Assembly: GCA_964187785.1 (NCBI GenBank) | Contig: OZ076409.1 | Span: forward strand, 78,308,001-78,372,000 | Length of the DNA stretch: 64,000 nt | From: Amphiscolops sp. MND2022 | Taxonomy: Eukaryota | Direction of reading: 5' to 3' | Shown here: one piece after another, positions 36,671 through 49,400 of the stretch | Layout: the number at the start of each line of letters is the position of its first letter | Position numbering within the stretch: position 1 is the stretch's first letter | Translations under genes and position numbers: made by a program | The notes under the pieces: model-generated | Database searches by the model: none | What the model saw: the letters and a program-made list of their open reading frames with translations, nothing else | Told to the model about the DNA's origin: nothing

Positions 36671-37649
36671 GGTTTCCAGTCCGAAAGATGCAAACATTCG
36701 ATTCTTGCAAGGATTTTTACAGCTGCAACTTTTTCCACTCAGTCGCCCTGAAACCTCCCCGCCTTTTAACACGGGTTGACAGGCCTGGTGACAAGGGTTG
36801 GGTTCGAGTCCAGTACTGAATCATTTTTTTAATGCTTACAAAGGCAGAGAAAAAACAATTTTTTCAACCGAAGAGCCTCCGTTTGATCTTGTAGCTTAAA
36901 CAAAGCGTTTTGCGAGCATAAAAGACCCTCTGTTATATAAAATTGTTTTCCGAATCTTTCGTCAATTGGTCAGTTTTAGCCCTGTAGAGTTGATGAGATT
37001 TTTCTGAATAATTGGGGAAAAGACCCACACTTTTTCCACATTGTGCGACTATTATTCGAAAAAACTTTCGTTGGGTCAAAGGGTACGCCCCTCTTTTTAA
37101 AAGTGGGAAAAACGTTTTGTAAACTAAAGGGGTACTCCTTTTTGTTTTTTTGACACGTGAGACTTTTTGAGCATTTGGATCAGCGCCGTTCATTTGGTAT
37201 ATTCAAACGCCGGCCTTTTTGCTCCCGGAAAAAGATGTCAGTCGCCACGCAGAGTGGACTTTCATAACCCTTTTCATTTGGTTGGAAAGTATGAAAATAT
37301 TCGGACAAAGAAAATTAGATCTATTCGTTGGACCAGTGAAACTGACTTCATCAGATTTAATTTCTTAGAGACCCGGAATTTGGTAGGTCACTTGAAAGCC
37401 AATCTCGTGAGCTAATGAGAAATTAAAGTTTCTCGACCTGTACGCCTTGGTGTCCAATTATCAATAACGTACTAAAGCAAAGATTATACGTTTCCATAAA
37501 TAATTTACATGTTCAATTATAAAAACAATAATGTAAGCAGTTTTGCCTTGCTAGTAAAAATTTAATTTGAAGGGAATGTGTTGGGTAGGGCCCGCTGTTA
37601 ATTATGGTAGATAGAATACACATTGCCATCGCAGGCGGCCGCCTAGGAC

Positions 37650-38590
37650 AGTTTTTTTTCTACCCAAATGAGCCGTCCTTCTACACTTTTAAATAAAAAA
37701 GATGTCTGAGAACAATTTTATTAGAATAACGAAAGAATTCACGGAAAGCAAAAAGTTGTATTTTTGAATTCAGATTTCAAAATGGCGGTCTCTAATCTTC
37801 GCGATCTTCGTTCCCGCTAGGTCTTTGCTTCTGTTCGACCTCCCTTAAGCAAGATGGGAACATAAGCAGCCCCAAGGGCCGCGGCGCACTAGACGGAATG
37901 GGGACATTCCGAGAGGCGCTTGATATGACAAGCTAAAACGGTCCTTTTGCACGTAAATTTTCCCCACAACAAAAATTAGCAATTTTTAACTGAAATAATG
38001 TAAAAAAATAGGATTACGTCGACATCAATTATTTCACTGGACCAAAATTTCGACGAAAACGATGTCGACATATTCGTATATTCGTATTTGAATCATGTTT
38101 CTCATTCCCCGCTCCCCGCAGCCTCTTGGAGAGTCTTGAGGGATAAGAAACATGGTCCAATAATTGATGTAGACATAATAATAGAGTACTGTGATCAAGA
38201 AAACGTCCCCCGGGCGATTTCAGGCTCGACTTCCTCGAAATTGGTTGGAAACTTTGAAAAACTTCAGAAATAGTTTCTCAGAATTTCATCTAGTTTACAT
38301 TAGAATTTTTTAAAATTTCTGAGACAAAAATTGAGAAAGTTACGAATAGCTGATTTTGAGCAAATTCGGGACTTTTTGCAGTTTTTTCCAATTTTCTACC
38401 GCTTTATCCAGTTTTTTAGGCCAGCTTTATGCTCAACCATCTCTAACAAAGCTGCTGAATCCATTGATGTAATTTGATTTCAAAAATCATCAACCGTTTT
38501 AGAGTTATTAGGGTCAAAAAGTAACATTTCCTCAATTTACGTGAATTTCAATCAGTGCGCCAATCAAAATTGAAAGTGAGAGCAGATGAA
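37650..38590 (+). repeat. Diverged partial copy of the 16230-18320 repeat cluster
   Basis: Same order of blocks: AAATGAGCCGTCCTTCTA, AAAAGATGTCTGAGAAC, GC-rich hairpin unit, foldback arm, Tc1-MITE. Confidence 0.8.
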
Positions 38591-38639
38591 GGGAGACACT
38601 ACTAACGCTACAGAATTATTCGAATTGAACTTAGAAAGT

Positions 38640-39612
38640 AACATCTTTATGCCTATCTTGAAAAATGAAGAATGTGCAGTCACGAGAGTCACAAAATGAC
38701 TCGGTTCGGTCTGTTGATTAATGATACGATGAGTTATAAAGAACACGCCGAAAGTGTCTGTAACAAATCTAAACACAACTGGGATAAAACTTCAACAGTC
38801 TTGGGACGTACGTGGAGCATGGCAACTCCAGCTTTGGTTCTCCTATACAAGACGATTATCGTCCCATAGCTTTTATATGCATCGGCAATATGGTTTGAGA
38901 AAAATCGGACTACTGTGCTAAGAGTACAAAATCATTGCAATCGAACAACCTTTCAACATAACCTCACTCCTACCGTCAGCGCATGTGAAACTTTGTTTGG
39001 GAATACCTCCATTTGAACTATGCTACGAACCCAACGAAGTTAAATTTGTTATCAAGGTCACAAAAGCCAAGGATTTGGTGAGTAATACACACTCACACTT
39101 CAGATACATTAGAAGTAAATCTGCAGCATTGGAAAGCAAACTCTTCATTTTTGAAAAATCGTTGGCGCCGAAGCTCTGACTGAATAGGGCAAACAAGTAA
39201 TAGACCAATTCATCAAATAAAATTGGGTTAGGACATGGGGCGGCATACAGAACAAAGGACTCTTGCAGCATCTACCCAACACGCAACCACAGATGAACAG
39301 ATGAACACCTGTTGCCCGCTGCTAATTGGAGACCCTTACATTGCGAACAAAGTCTGCGAGTTAGTTACTGGGAACTCTTTTTTCGTTCGCCGAATATGCC
39401 TTAAAATGTGGAAATGCGATTCACCAATGTGTACACGTGGAACGTCTGAGGACAATCTTTACCACTTTTGCTTCTGCTGCCCACTTTATAACGAGATAAG
39501 CACAGACGTAGCTAGACTAAATCTAATGATGAAGATTGATTGTGAAAAACTCAAAAACTACAATTTTAATGCAAATAAATTGAAAATTCAGACTCATGAA
39601 CTTTATCATTAA
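38640..39612 (+). pseudogene. Non-LTR retrotransposon (LINE) ORF2 3' remnant
   Basis: GLLINDTMSYKEH, LLYKTIIVP, and a C-terminal CCHC-like motif C..G..EDNLYHFCFCCPLY. Confidence 0.65.
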
Positions 39613-39646
39613 CATCCTCCCGCAAATGGGGAATTTTATGCAGAAT

Positions 39647-39860
39647 TTATAAATACTTTATGACGTGATGTTTTTTTACGCTTTGCAAGTTTCCTTCGAG
39701 TATGTTTACTATGCACTCGCTTAGAAACCGAATATATTCTTTTGAACACGATTGGAGAAATTGACTTTTGCACTTGCAGGAAAATGATTGGCACGCGTGG
39801 AGAACAGAGCGATTTTGTGTGTTCATCGTCCAAAGTGTCAAATGCTTCAAACTCTCTGGG
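39647..39860 (-). pseudogene. Small Polinton-type ORF remnant downstream of the ATPase
   Basis: FLQSCSKEYIRFLSECIVNILEGNL resembles the (I/L)xECxxNxLxGN motif recalled from a Polinton small protein. Confidence 0.45.
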
Positions 39861-39949
39861 ACGTAAAACTTTGAAGGAGTCTTTCCACTATTTGTGTAGT
39901 AGCGTAATCTATCGTTTGTTCGAGGCAATAATTCAATGAGCAAATGGCC

Positions 39950-40455
39950 AAAAGGAACAGACGTTGCATATCTACCAACCCACTAGTGAGGAACCTAGTC
40001 TTAGTTGACTACTAAGCGTATTCACATGAACAATGCATTGTGTGTAGTTTGTAGCTCAATATCGCGTCCACGAGTGCTCTTGTTAAACAATTTGTGTTTA
40101 ATGTATATTGTGCTGAGTCCACGGTGTCTTATAGCAGTGGCAATTTTGACAAATTCTTTGAACTGCACACTTGCTTACAAAAATCGTAAAAAGTGAAAAG
40201 ATAATTTGTTCCGTTGTTTTTCAATGAAACAATCTACTCAAAATTCACCCCCTGACAAACTTGTTACAATAAATTTCTTTGTGCATCCTGTCGTACAGTG
40301 ATTGATAATATTGATGAAAGAAATAAAACTTGTTAAATTTGGGTTGAAAGGTTCCATTAGTTGACGACTCGTAAATCAACTGAGTTTTACTTGATTCACT
40401 CGATCCAACCATTGACTTTAAGACGCGGTTTTTAGTGAATATCAACTTGTTCATA
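39950..40455 (-). pseudogene. A32/FtsK-like packaging ATPase remnant
   Basis: MVGSSESSKTQLI (degenerate Walker A), FYFFHQYYQSLYD, and downstream IATAIRHRGLSTIYIKHKLF...RDIELQTTH. Confidence 0.75.
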
Positions 40456-40799
40456 GTCTTGGCTCGCTGGTTCATAGACACTCCGGCTGTGCTACACAAA
40501 ATTCCAACCCACACTGTAGATTTTTCACAGTTTGTTGCGAAATTAATTCTTCAAAAACTACCCAAAATTTTCAATAATATTGGGACAAGAACAAAATATA
40601 TGATGCTCAGCAGGATTGTCCCCCGCACGTCCACGATTTTAGTTCACTGTTCGTTCCGTCAAAACCAGTTTTTCCAAGTTGATGTTAGTCTCAACCATCT
40701 AGTTTGCTAGCGTGAGTGTATCGCCAAGAAAGATACCCTTTTATGGAAAAAATGTAAATTGAACAAAAATTTTAACTTTTTATGAATGAGTAATACAAA

Positions 40800-41268
40800 G
40801 ACATACAATAAACTTGCAAATTAAAATGTTGCACAGTCCATACCCCAAACGCTCTTGCTTTCCGCTGAGCACAGTGTAGATACGTCTTGTGTCTGTAGCG
40901 ATAGCTAGCGCACATCCAGTCAGTGTTTGAATGTTGAATCTTGGGGCAACCATAGTTATCCAAGTTTTCCACTTCCTTTCCCAGTAATGTGCTCACAAAA
41001 TACACCTTTCCACTCCTTTTGCAAAGTACTCTGCTCTGTCTTGTTGCAATTGAGCCAACATGGTGTTGATACGGCTATAGTCCAGTGGGCCACTTTTTCA
41101 ATCAATTTTGTGCAAGTTTTGGGTACACCAGAGAGTTGATTATTTGGTTGATAATTTTTGGGTGGTTTAAAGGAATATTCAAAGACTTGTCCGTCATTAT
41201 ATATGCACCCAATTCCTTGCCTACATTCTTTTCCGCAAGTTCAATATACAACCTTATGAGCGACATGA
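40800..41268 (-). pseudogene. Polinton-associated ORF remnant, possibly DEDD/DnaQ exonuclease-like
   Basis: YIEL...KELG, YSFKPP, WCTQNLHKI, ENLDNYGCPK, HCAQRKA. Confidence 0.45.
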
Positions 41269-44200
41269 CTGAGAGTCTACCAAATTGAGAAAATGGAGGG
41301 AAGAAACAATTTCAAGTAATACAATAGAAACTTCAGTCACGTAACCCAATAAACACGAGTTTGGACCTCGACCAATCATATAACAGTATCATAGGCCTTT
41401 ACCGTTGTGCAAATAAACAGAGCCGGCAGCGTCATGTAATATTGCATGTAGTGTGAACACTTTGGAAAAACGAAAAATTTTGTCCAAGTGAGAGTCTCTA
41501 TAACAAATTTTTCCCCCAAAAGAAAATTTTCGGTCCATATTGTGGAATGAAATGTTTGCGTCCAAGCAATGACAAATGTAAATACTATGTTTTTACGCAC
41601 AGTATTTTCTGTAAAGCGGAGCTTCAAACCTTAGTAAAAACGAAACACGTTGACTAGAAAGAGTTCGTCCGTTTCGGGTTCAGGAAAATCTCAATTATGA
41701 ATTATGGATTCATCCAATACGATGCATCAATTGTGGATTATATCCAAGTAGCCCAAAAGATACATCCTTTTAGCAAGTGCGTCTTGTACTCTGCTAGCTT
41801 TTATTCGATTTCAGTAGCCTTTAGGTACGTATTTTTGCGATAACGATACTTTACAATGTCCAGTTGAAAGCCTACGCAAGTTTGACGTCTACCACTGTAG
41901 ATTGTGCACTTAAAACAAGAAATTTCGTCCTCGCAATGTTCGAGCTCTGGTAATCGTTGTAATTCAGGTAAATTTAGAGTAATTTCTATGGGAGACGATT
42001 TTCGTGTTTGAAGGACAATATGATAGTGCTATTTGTGTTATCGATCTTAAAATTAAGTTTCTATTTTCTCCATTGTTCCAACTCATTCTCTCTAGGTTGA
42101 TTCCGAAAACGAAAGTTGCATAGAAATAACTTGCAGTATTACAGAGGTGTTCAAAATTAGGTACTTTATCAGAAACAGATTTCATTACATCTAATAAATA
42201 TGAAAATTTACCAAATTCATTGTTCACATAGAAAAGTTGTTGAACAATTTCTTCCTCCGTCCTGTGTGTGAAGAGTTGCGTCTGTGCGTAGGATGATTTA
42301 GGCTTGTCTTCCTTGTAGCGCAGCAATGTAACACACTTTTGGCGTTTAGCACCTTCAGCAAACTCAATCACTTTGTGAACGTGCTTCAGTTGTTCGTCAA
42401 TGTTTCTTGATAGCCCAACTACATTGATCATTGGTAAATTTGCCTTCCTTTGTAAAGTTGCCTGCAGCAACAAAAAACTGATTTCCGAATTACAAGAACT
42501 GCTTAATGTAGTATGGCCTCAGCGAAACACATTGACAGCGCTTGAATTCGTGGCAATATCTCTTTAAAGACTTTGAAAAGCAACTTCAAGTAATTCTTTT
42601 AAGTTTGCACCACAAAAAGAATCCAAATCTTTCTTGGTTCTTCCCAAAGCACACAAAGTCGGGGCAAAGCAGTTTGTCTAGTGTTGCATTCATTTCAGAT
42701 TCCTTTTCGCGTCTGGTTCTTGTCGAGAGTGAGTTGTGACCGAAGTAGATTTGGTGGCAATAATCGTCAGAGTTGGTGATGGGTTCAGGAACAGACAACT
42801 TTTGTTTAGCGATTCAAATATAAATTATGGTTAGAAAGGAAAAGACACTCGCTTTTATACTACTTTTCCAGTTTTGGAAATGTTTATGCCTCGTTTTTCA
42901 AAAACGGTAGATATTTCTTTTGTACTGTCATTTGTAATGTTTGTACTGTCATTCGAAACTATTACGTCATCTTTCTTTTTTAGGTAATGATTGCATTTCC
43001 CTTTATAAAGTCACGTGACTATTCCTTCTGATGTAACGATTCCATTTTTTCATTCATTTTGTATAACAAAAACACAACGTTCAGATAGCTGCTGTGATGA
43101 TGCAAGTTATTCCAAGTTTTCACTCTGTATACTCTAGAAAGAGTGTACATATTTGTACAAACACATATGAAAAGTATCTTGTCAGCAAAGACTTTTGCGT
43201 TGCTCAACACGATGATTCCATGTGTACTGTTCCCAAATGTAAATATCACATTTTGCTCATTGCAGTGAAGGATACACTTGACCTGATGCAAAAATTGGAC
43301 ACTTTTTGTTCTACATATCAGTTGGTTGACTGCAATCACTTATTATTCAAGTATCGCATTGATGGAAAAATTGTAACTAAAAATGGTCAAGTAATCCACA
43401 ATGTTGAACGAGCTGTACGATTCAACTAACGCCACAAGACGGTTGGAACGATGCCAAGTATAGCAAAATGATTGTTGCGTAAAAAATACAAGAGACATTT
43501 AATAAATTCGTTGCAAAAGACACTTTCAACACAGACGAGTGGGCCAATTTTGACAGACAGGATTGAAAAAGTTAAAAAGACTAAAATTGAAGTGGAGTTG
43601 TTAAAATTTGTAGATTGTTTTCTAGATGGTTACGGTAATAATTTAGTTTTTTTTTCAAAAAATCATTGTAAACCAACCACTGATTTCTTCACTGAAATGA
43701 GACCTGTAAAGATAGATAGGAAGTCTCACCATGACAACAAATAGACCAAAGAGAGCAACGATAACAACAATGCTTCAATAGTGTAAATTGCAACGTATAC
43801 TAAATCACAAAAGCCGGAACATTTGCTCATACTTGACTGAGAAAAAAATGCACACACATACAAGTAATATTATAAGTTTTGTCATATTTTTCCAGAGAAA
43901 ATCTTAAACGGGTCTCATTGTTTTTGGCAATCTTTTACGCGTGTCAAATTTTTCTCCGAAATTTTTACAACGTGTCAGACTATAAAGTGAACTTTTACAA
44001 CGTGTCAGATTTTAAAGTAAAAATTCTACGTTTCGTTAGATTTCAATTGAGAAATGTGCAACTAACATTCCTAAAACCATCACAAGAACTTATCAGAGCG
44101 TTTCCAACCGTAAATTGGAGGACAGTAACAAACTATAATGTTTTGTTCCACAGAACTGAAACATTCTTCCTCGTTCATGCAATAGTGCTTGTACTCTTTA

Positions 44201-46420
44201 GCGCTGAAATCGAGATTTCGTCCCACTTTTTCTGTAGTCTTTCCTTGATATATAAACAAGCTAACAGTCATGACAACATGACAATAATCAAGGCAACTTT
44301 TAATTTTGCTATAGTCTATGGTCGTTACAGTGCATCCATCTCCACGTTCGGATTCACCCAATGGAACTGAACATCGTCCAGATCGCTGGGAACAATGTCG
44401 CTGCTTACATCGTGATCACAAACGCTAGCTCGTACCTCGTCTTGCATCTCCCACGTGCCTTGCCGGTTGGGAGTTATGGGGACGCCAGCTAAATAGTTGT
44501 CCACGAACTATTGTCTTTGATTAATCAAAGAATTGAAGGCTGCGATTGGAAGTTCCAAGGAGGAAATTGTCAAGTCTTGGACGATAACTCCAACTATGAC
44601 TGTGACAGAGTCTGGTGAAAAGTCCAAAGTCCACTGGGTTGCGTTGTCGGAGACTGAGAAGAACATTGTTGTTGGTTGTTGTAGAGCGTCTTGATTGTAG
44701 ATAGTTTTCAAAAAAAAACTTTTGGCTGCTTGAAAAATAACTTTGTAGTGATATGGAACAGCCAATAGGAAACTGACACGATCATTTCCATATCTGGACT
44801 TTTTTGCTTGTGGTTCTTCTGAGCGTTGATTGGTTGGCTTGATTCTCAATCCATCCTTTTTTCGTCTTCGGTTCGTTCTTTTACTTCTCGTTCGTAACCC
44901 CTCGACATCTTGGCTCTGAATGTATGGATAAAATTATCTTTCAAGCTCAAAATGCAGCGTTTGATCCTCAAAAAGATTACCTTGCACAAGCCAATCAACG
45001 TCACATTTTGGACAATTGTAACAATAATGTTCTCTAAAATGCTCCTTGCAGTAATGTTCGAATATGGGTTTTTGTAGCTTACATTCAGGGCAGTAAACGT
45101 CCCCGAGTGTATCTGAAAGTGCGTTGACCTCCATTTGACGTCGTTGTTTTGATTCAATGCTTCAGCTTTTGGTCGATATAAAGTAGCGGTCCTTATACAG
45201 TTGGTACTGTTCGTTACGACTGAAGTTGACATTTTCTGTCGATCCAAATTTGTTTCCTCAATTTGGAAACTTTTTCAATGAGAAACAACAATTCTTTTCT
45301 TTTCCACAGTGGGAAGACAAACGCAACGACAATCAGTGTGTTCTTTTAAATCTACTTATTAGTGTAAGAAGAGTGTGTCCTTCCTTTCACAGCGTAAAGC
45401 CAATATGTTGTAACGGTACTGGAAGGGGATATAGAGTTGCCTTTCGTGCGTGGTCATTCTGTTTTAAAAGTGACGTAGTCTGTTGAGGGCTGCAGCGAGC
45501 CCTTTTCTCGTAATGGAAACTTCCTCGTCAAGGAAAAAGAGTTGTTGAGCTTTCAGGTCGCATAGTTTAAAGACCTTGATTGCAAATAAGTTTCCATTGG
45601 ACCCCTTGCTGACTAATTGGAGACGATTGTCCGTCTTTGTAAAGTCCAATATGTTGTGATAAATGTACGAGTCAACGTCAGTTCGTCCAAAAGTTGTTTC
45701 AGAACGTCTTCGTAAATTAAATACAGCAAAGATAGAGATGGGAATTGTTGTTCAGTAGACATGAACTGCTCTAAAAGAAAGTTTAATTTAAAATGAGTAG
45801 TGTAATTTAGTGTAGTGAATAGAAGCAATGCCTACGTCGCCGCAATTTAATGACAATGCGATGAACAGCACGTGACTTTGTTTTTAACAACTGCGCTAAA
45901 AGTGTTGTGTATTTTCCTCTATGGAAAGTAGTTAAAGTGATGCAAGATGAAGGAGTAATAGTCTGCCAGCTACCCACGCGTCTCATCTTTTGTATTGGGA
46001 TGACTCCTCTACATGAGGGGCTTTGCCAGACGTATCGGCGTCTATAACAGGGTGTTTGTTCCACCTGAGTGATTTTCTCAGACAATGTGTCGTCTCTTGA
46101 GGGAAACGTGTTCCACTTGAGTGGTTTTCATAGACAGTGCGGCGTCGCTTGAGGCAAAAGATTCCCACTTGAGTAATTAACTTTCAGAGCGATAGTAGGT
46201 GATTGACAGGTACCTGGGATGTAACTGACACTAGTGCGTATTTACTTTTTTATGGTAGATTACCTATTCCTCACATAATGAGGTCACTCATACCTTCCGT
46301 ATATAGTTCGACCAATTACATGAAATCAGTTTCCAGCCATTTTGATTTCATTTTTTTTTCACATTTCTTCGATCTAGTTGCTTGCTGTCAGATTATTACT
46401 TGTCACACTTCCTGCCTACA

Positions 46421-49400
46421 ATGCCTGCTCTTGATCGAAATCGAAAAGTTGTCTGCGACAATTGTGGAACTCAAGTATCAGGGCAAAACCTGGCAATACA
46501 TTAAAATAAAAGTCCAGTGGAACATTATATTGCTCTCAGTGCCCCAATTTCTCTGCAAAATCCCGAAATGACTTTTATAACTACATTGCAAAGACGCATG
46601 GAGCCCCCAAGCCTAAAATTGCACAAACTTGTAAAGAGTGCAAAGAAGAATTAAGTGGCTTTTGTGCACTAAGGCAACACAAAAATAAAGTGCATGGACA
46701 CAGTTTTGAAACAAGTGGCATTTCTTCTCCCCTCCTTTATGGTATCAATGATGACAGTCTCAAGGAAGAAATACGTGCCTGTCAACATTTCCTTGTCAAT
46801 TCACAAATGGAAAAAAGACGTCGCACAGTTTTCATCTTCGCATTGGACATTTCAGTACTGATGAATTCAACCCCAAAGCAGGATTATGTGTTTCAACAAC
46901 TCAATTGTGCAGCTAAAATTAACATGGCCTTTGGTTTTCTTTTTAAAAATATCGAAGACGGTAGCTGTCGGTATTGTTATGCACACGAGAATAACACTCT
47001 GTTGGAGAAGTCCAAATTGCTTAGCACTGGACTTGGAACACTTTAAAACACTGCTTGCTGGAGAAGATGTCATTGAATCTTGTGCCTGTGAAAGAGTCAA
47101 CACAATGTGGAAATTCTTTAGGCTGACAATAGTGACTCTTTTTGCAGCGCTGCTCACAGAAAATCCGATGGGTTGTAAAGATACATAGCTGCCTGCACAA
47201 AACACAAGGCAACATTATAATGACAACTAACGCTTGTTCAGAGACTTGTGCTTACACTTGGTAGAGGAAGGAGCCAACAAATTGTTTAACTTTACCTACA
47301 AAAGAAAGACGGAATTGAGCCAGCATCTGTTCAAGGTGTTTGCATGGACGATACACCAGCAGTGGAGGAAATTACTGGGATAAAAATTTTTCTTTGTGAT
47401 GTTGACATCCACGCACTACTCAACGCTGTCCGTTGCTCGACGCGTGATTGTTACTTTGATCGAACAGGCAATCTTAAACCTCATTTAACCATTTGCCAAA
47501 AGAGAGTGAAACAAGTGGATTCACAATTTGTGTGTTCGCTGCAAGAAGCGCTTTTCGAGAAAGTGGATTACTTCAAAATACCTAACACGGACGAGCAGCA
47601 ACTCTTTAAAAATGTTGCAATCTTTGACGTTGAATCATTTTGTGTACCGAAAAATGGTTCCAAAAACACAGATGGATGGAGACAACAAGATGGATAGGAA
47701 AACACGTTCCGATATCTGTATCAATCTCGTCGAACTTACCACAAGATCCAATTTTCATTTGCGACTCCAACCCGTGTGATCTAGTGTCAACTTTTGTGGA
47801 TGCAATAGAAAATCTGGCAGCTCAGAGCGAAATCTCAGATGCGAATGAGTTCCCTTGAGGGGGAAACCGCAATAAAGAGTAGACTTTCAAATCTAATGGA
47901 ACTGTTGATAAATCGAGGCGAGAAGCTACATTCATATTTGAAGATCAGTGTTGTGAAGCAGAGTCAGAGGGAAAAGACGTATCTACAAAGTTCCTACATA
48001 CGCAAAAGAAGCAATTGATTGAATTACAGGATCATTTTGAAAAATATTGTATTGTACTGCCAGTGTTTGGATTCAACAACGATAAATGACCTTAACCTGA
48101 TCAAGAAATTTTTATTACCCATACTTGTGGAGGGTAGAGATATTGATCCTATTGTGATCAAGAACGCGAACCAGTAGGTGTCATTCAAGTTCGGTGATGT
48201 TCAATTATCGGGCGTTTTGAACTTTCTTGGAGGCAAACCTCGACTCATTCCTTAAGGCATACAAGACAGAGGGAGGTGACAAAGGGTTGCTTCCCCGATG
48301 AATGGTACAACAACGCGGAGAAACTGTCACGTGATCAGATTCCATCGTATGAATGCTTTTAAAGCTAACTTAGCAATTGTAATCCATTAGAGAAGGAGTA
48401 TCTGGATTACGAGAAGCTAATGCAGATTGGTTTGTAACAAGAATCTGCAAAGCAAAAATTTCACATAACGTGTCTAACGCCTACAGGAGAGCAAAATTAG
48501 GAGAAAGATTTGCCTACATAAGTCTACAAATTTTATCCATTTTATCCGTCCCAAATTCTGTCCATTTACTAAGGCTGATAAGGACTTGCAGGAGAAAAAT
48601 AGAGAGAATATGGTCGGCGGTTACTCGATTGTCGTTACACGCAGAGCTGTAGTTGACGAGACTTTTATCCGCAAATCGCAAAACGTGTGCATGTCCATTG
48701 TTGAATTGACGCTAGTGAACTTTATCTGTTTTCAATGTGTCAACCCATAGCTATTGGTCTCTACACCCGAGACGAATAAGACTCTGATTCGCATCGATTC
48801 AAGCCTCGTCAAAACAAAACACGCAGCTTGGAAAATATGGTCAAGTCTTATTTTCGACGTTTTCCCCCGAATGTAAAATTGAGAGCATTATAACTACCGG
48901 AACTCAAAAGAAAATTAATTGCTCCAGTGCTGACGGTTTTTATAGTCACTTCAATACTGTTTTTGAAGCAATGGGATGCTACCACCACTACTGTCTCTGT
49001 CTGGAGTCGCCTCCATCTCTGAGCGACAAAAAAGTAGAGCGTGGCAATAAAAGACGAGAAATGGACGAAGTTCGGAGAGACTATATTAGTGGAAAAGGAT
49101 ATAACATTGTGGAAGTGTGAATGGTGGCGGCTCTACAAGACAGAACCCCTCGTCAAACCTCATCTCAGAGAATCGTTTCTCTACAAATCACCGCTAAAAG
49201 AGGAAGGTTTGTTGCAGCGCATCAAAGAAGGATATTTGTTTGGTTATGTGCAATGCGATATTGAAGTGCCTGAACATTTGAGGGAGAAATTTGCAAATGT
49301 TCCGACCACTTTGAAAAATACATACGTTTCTGAGATGATATTGGACCTTCAATGAAAGAGTATGGTAAAAAAACAATGTTTCTGAACCTCGCCGAATGTT

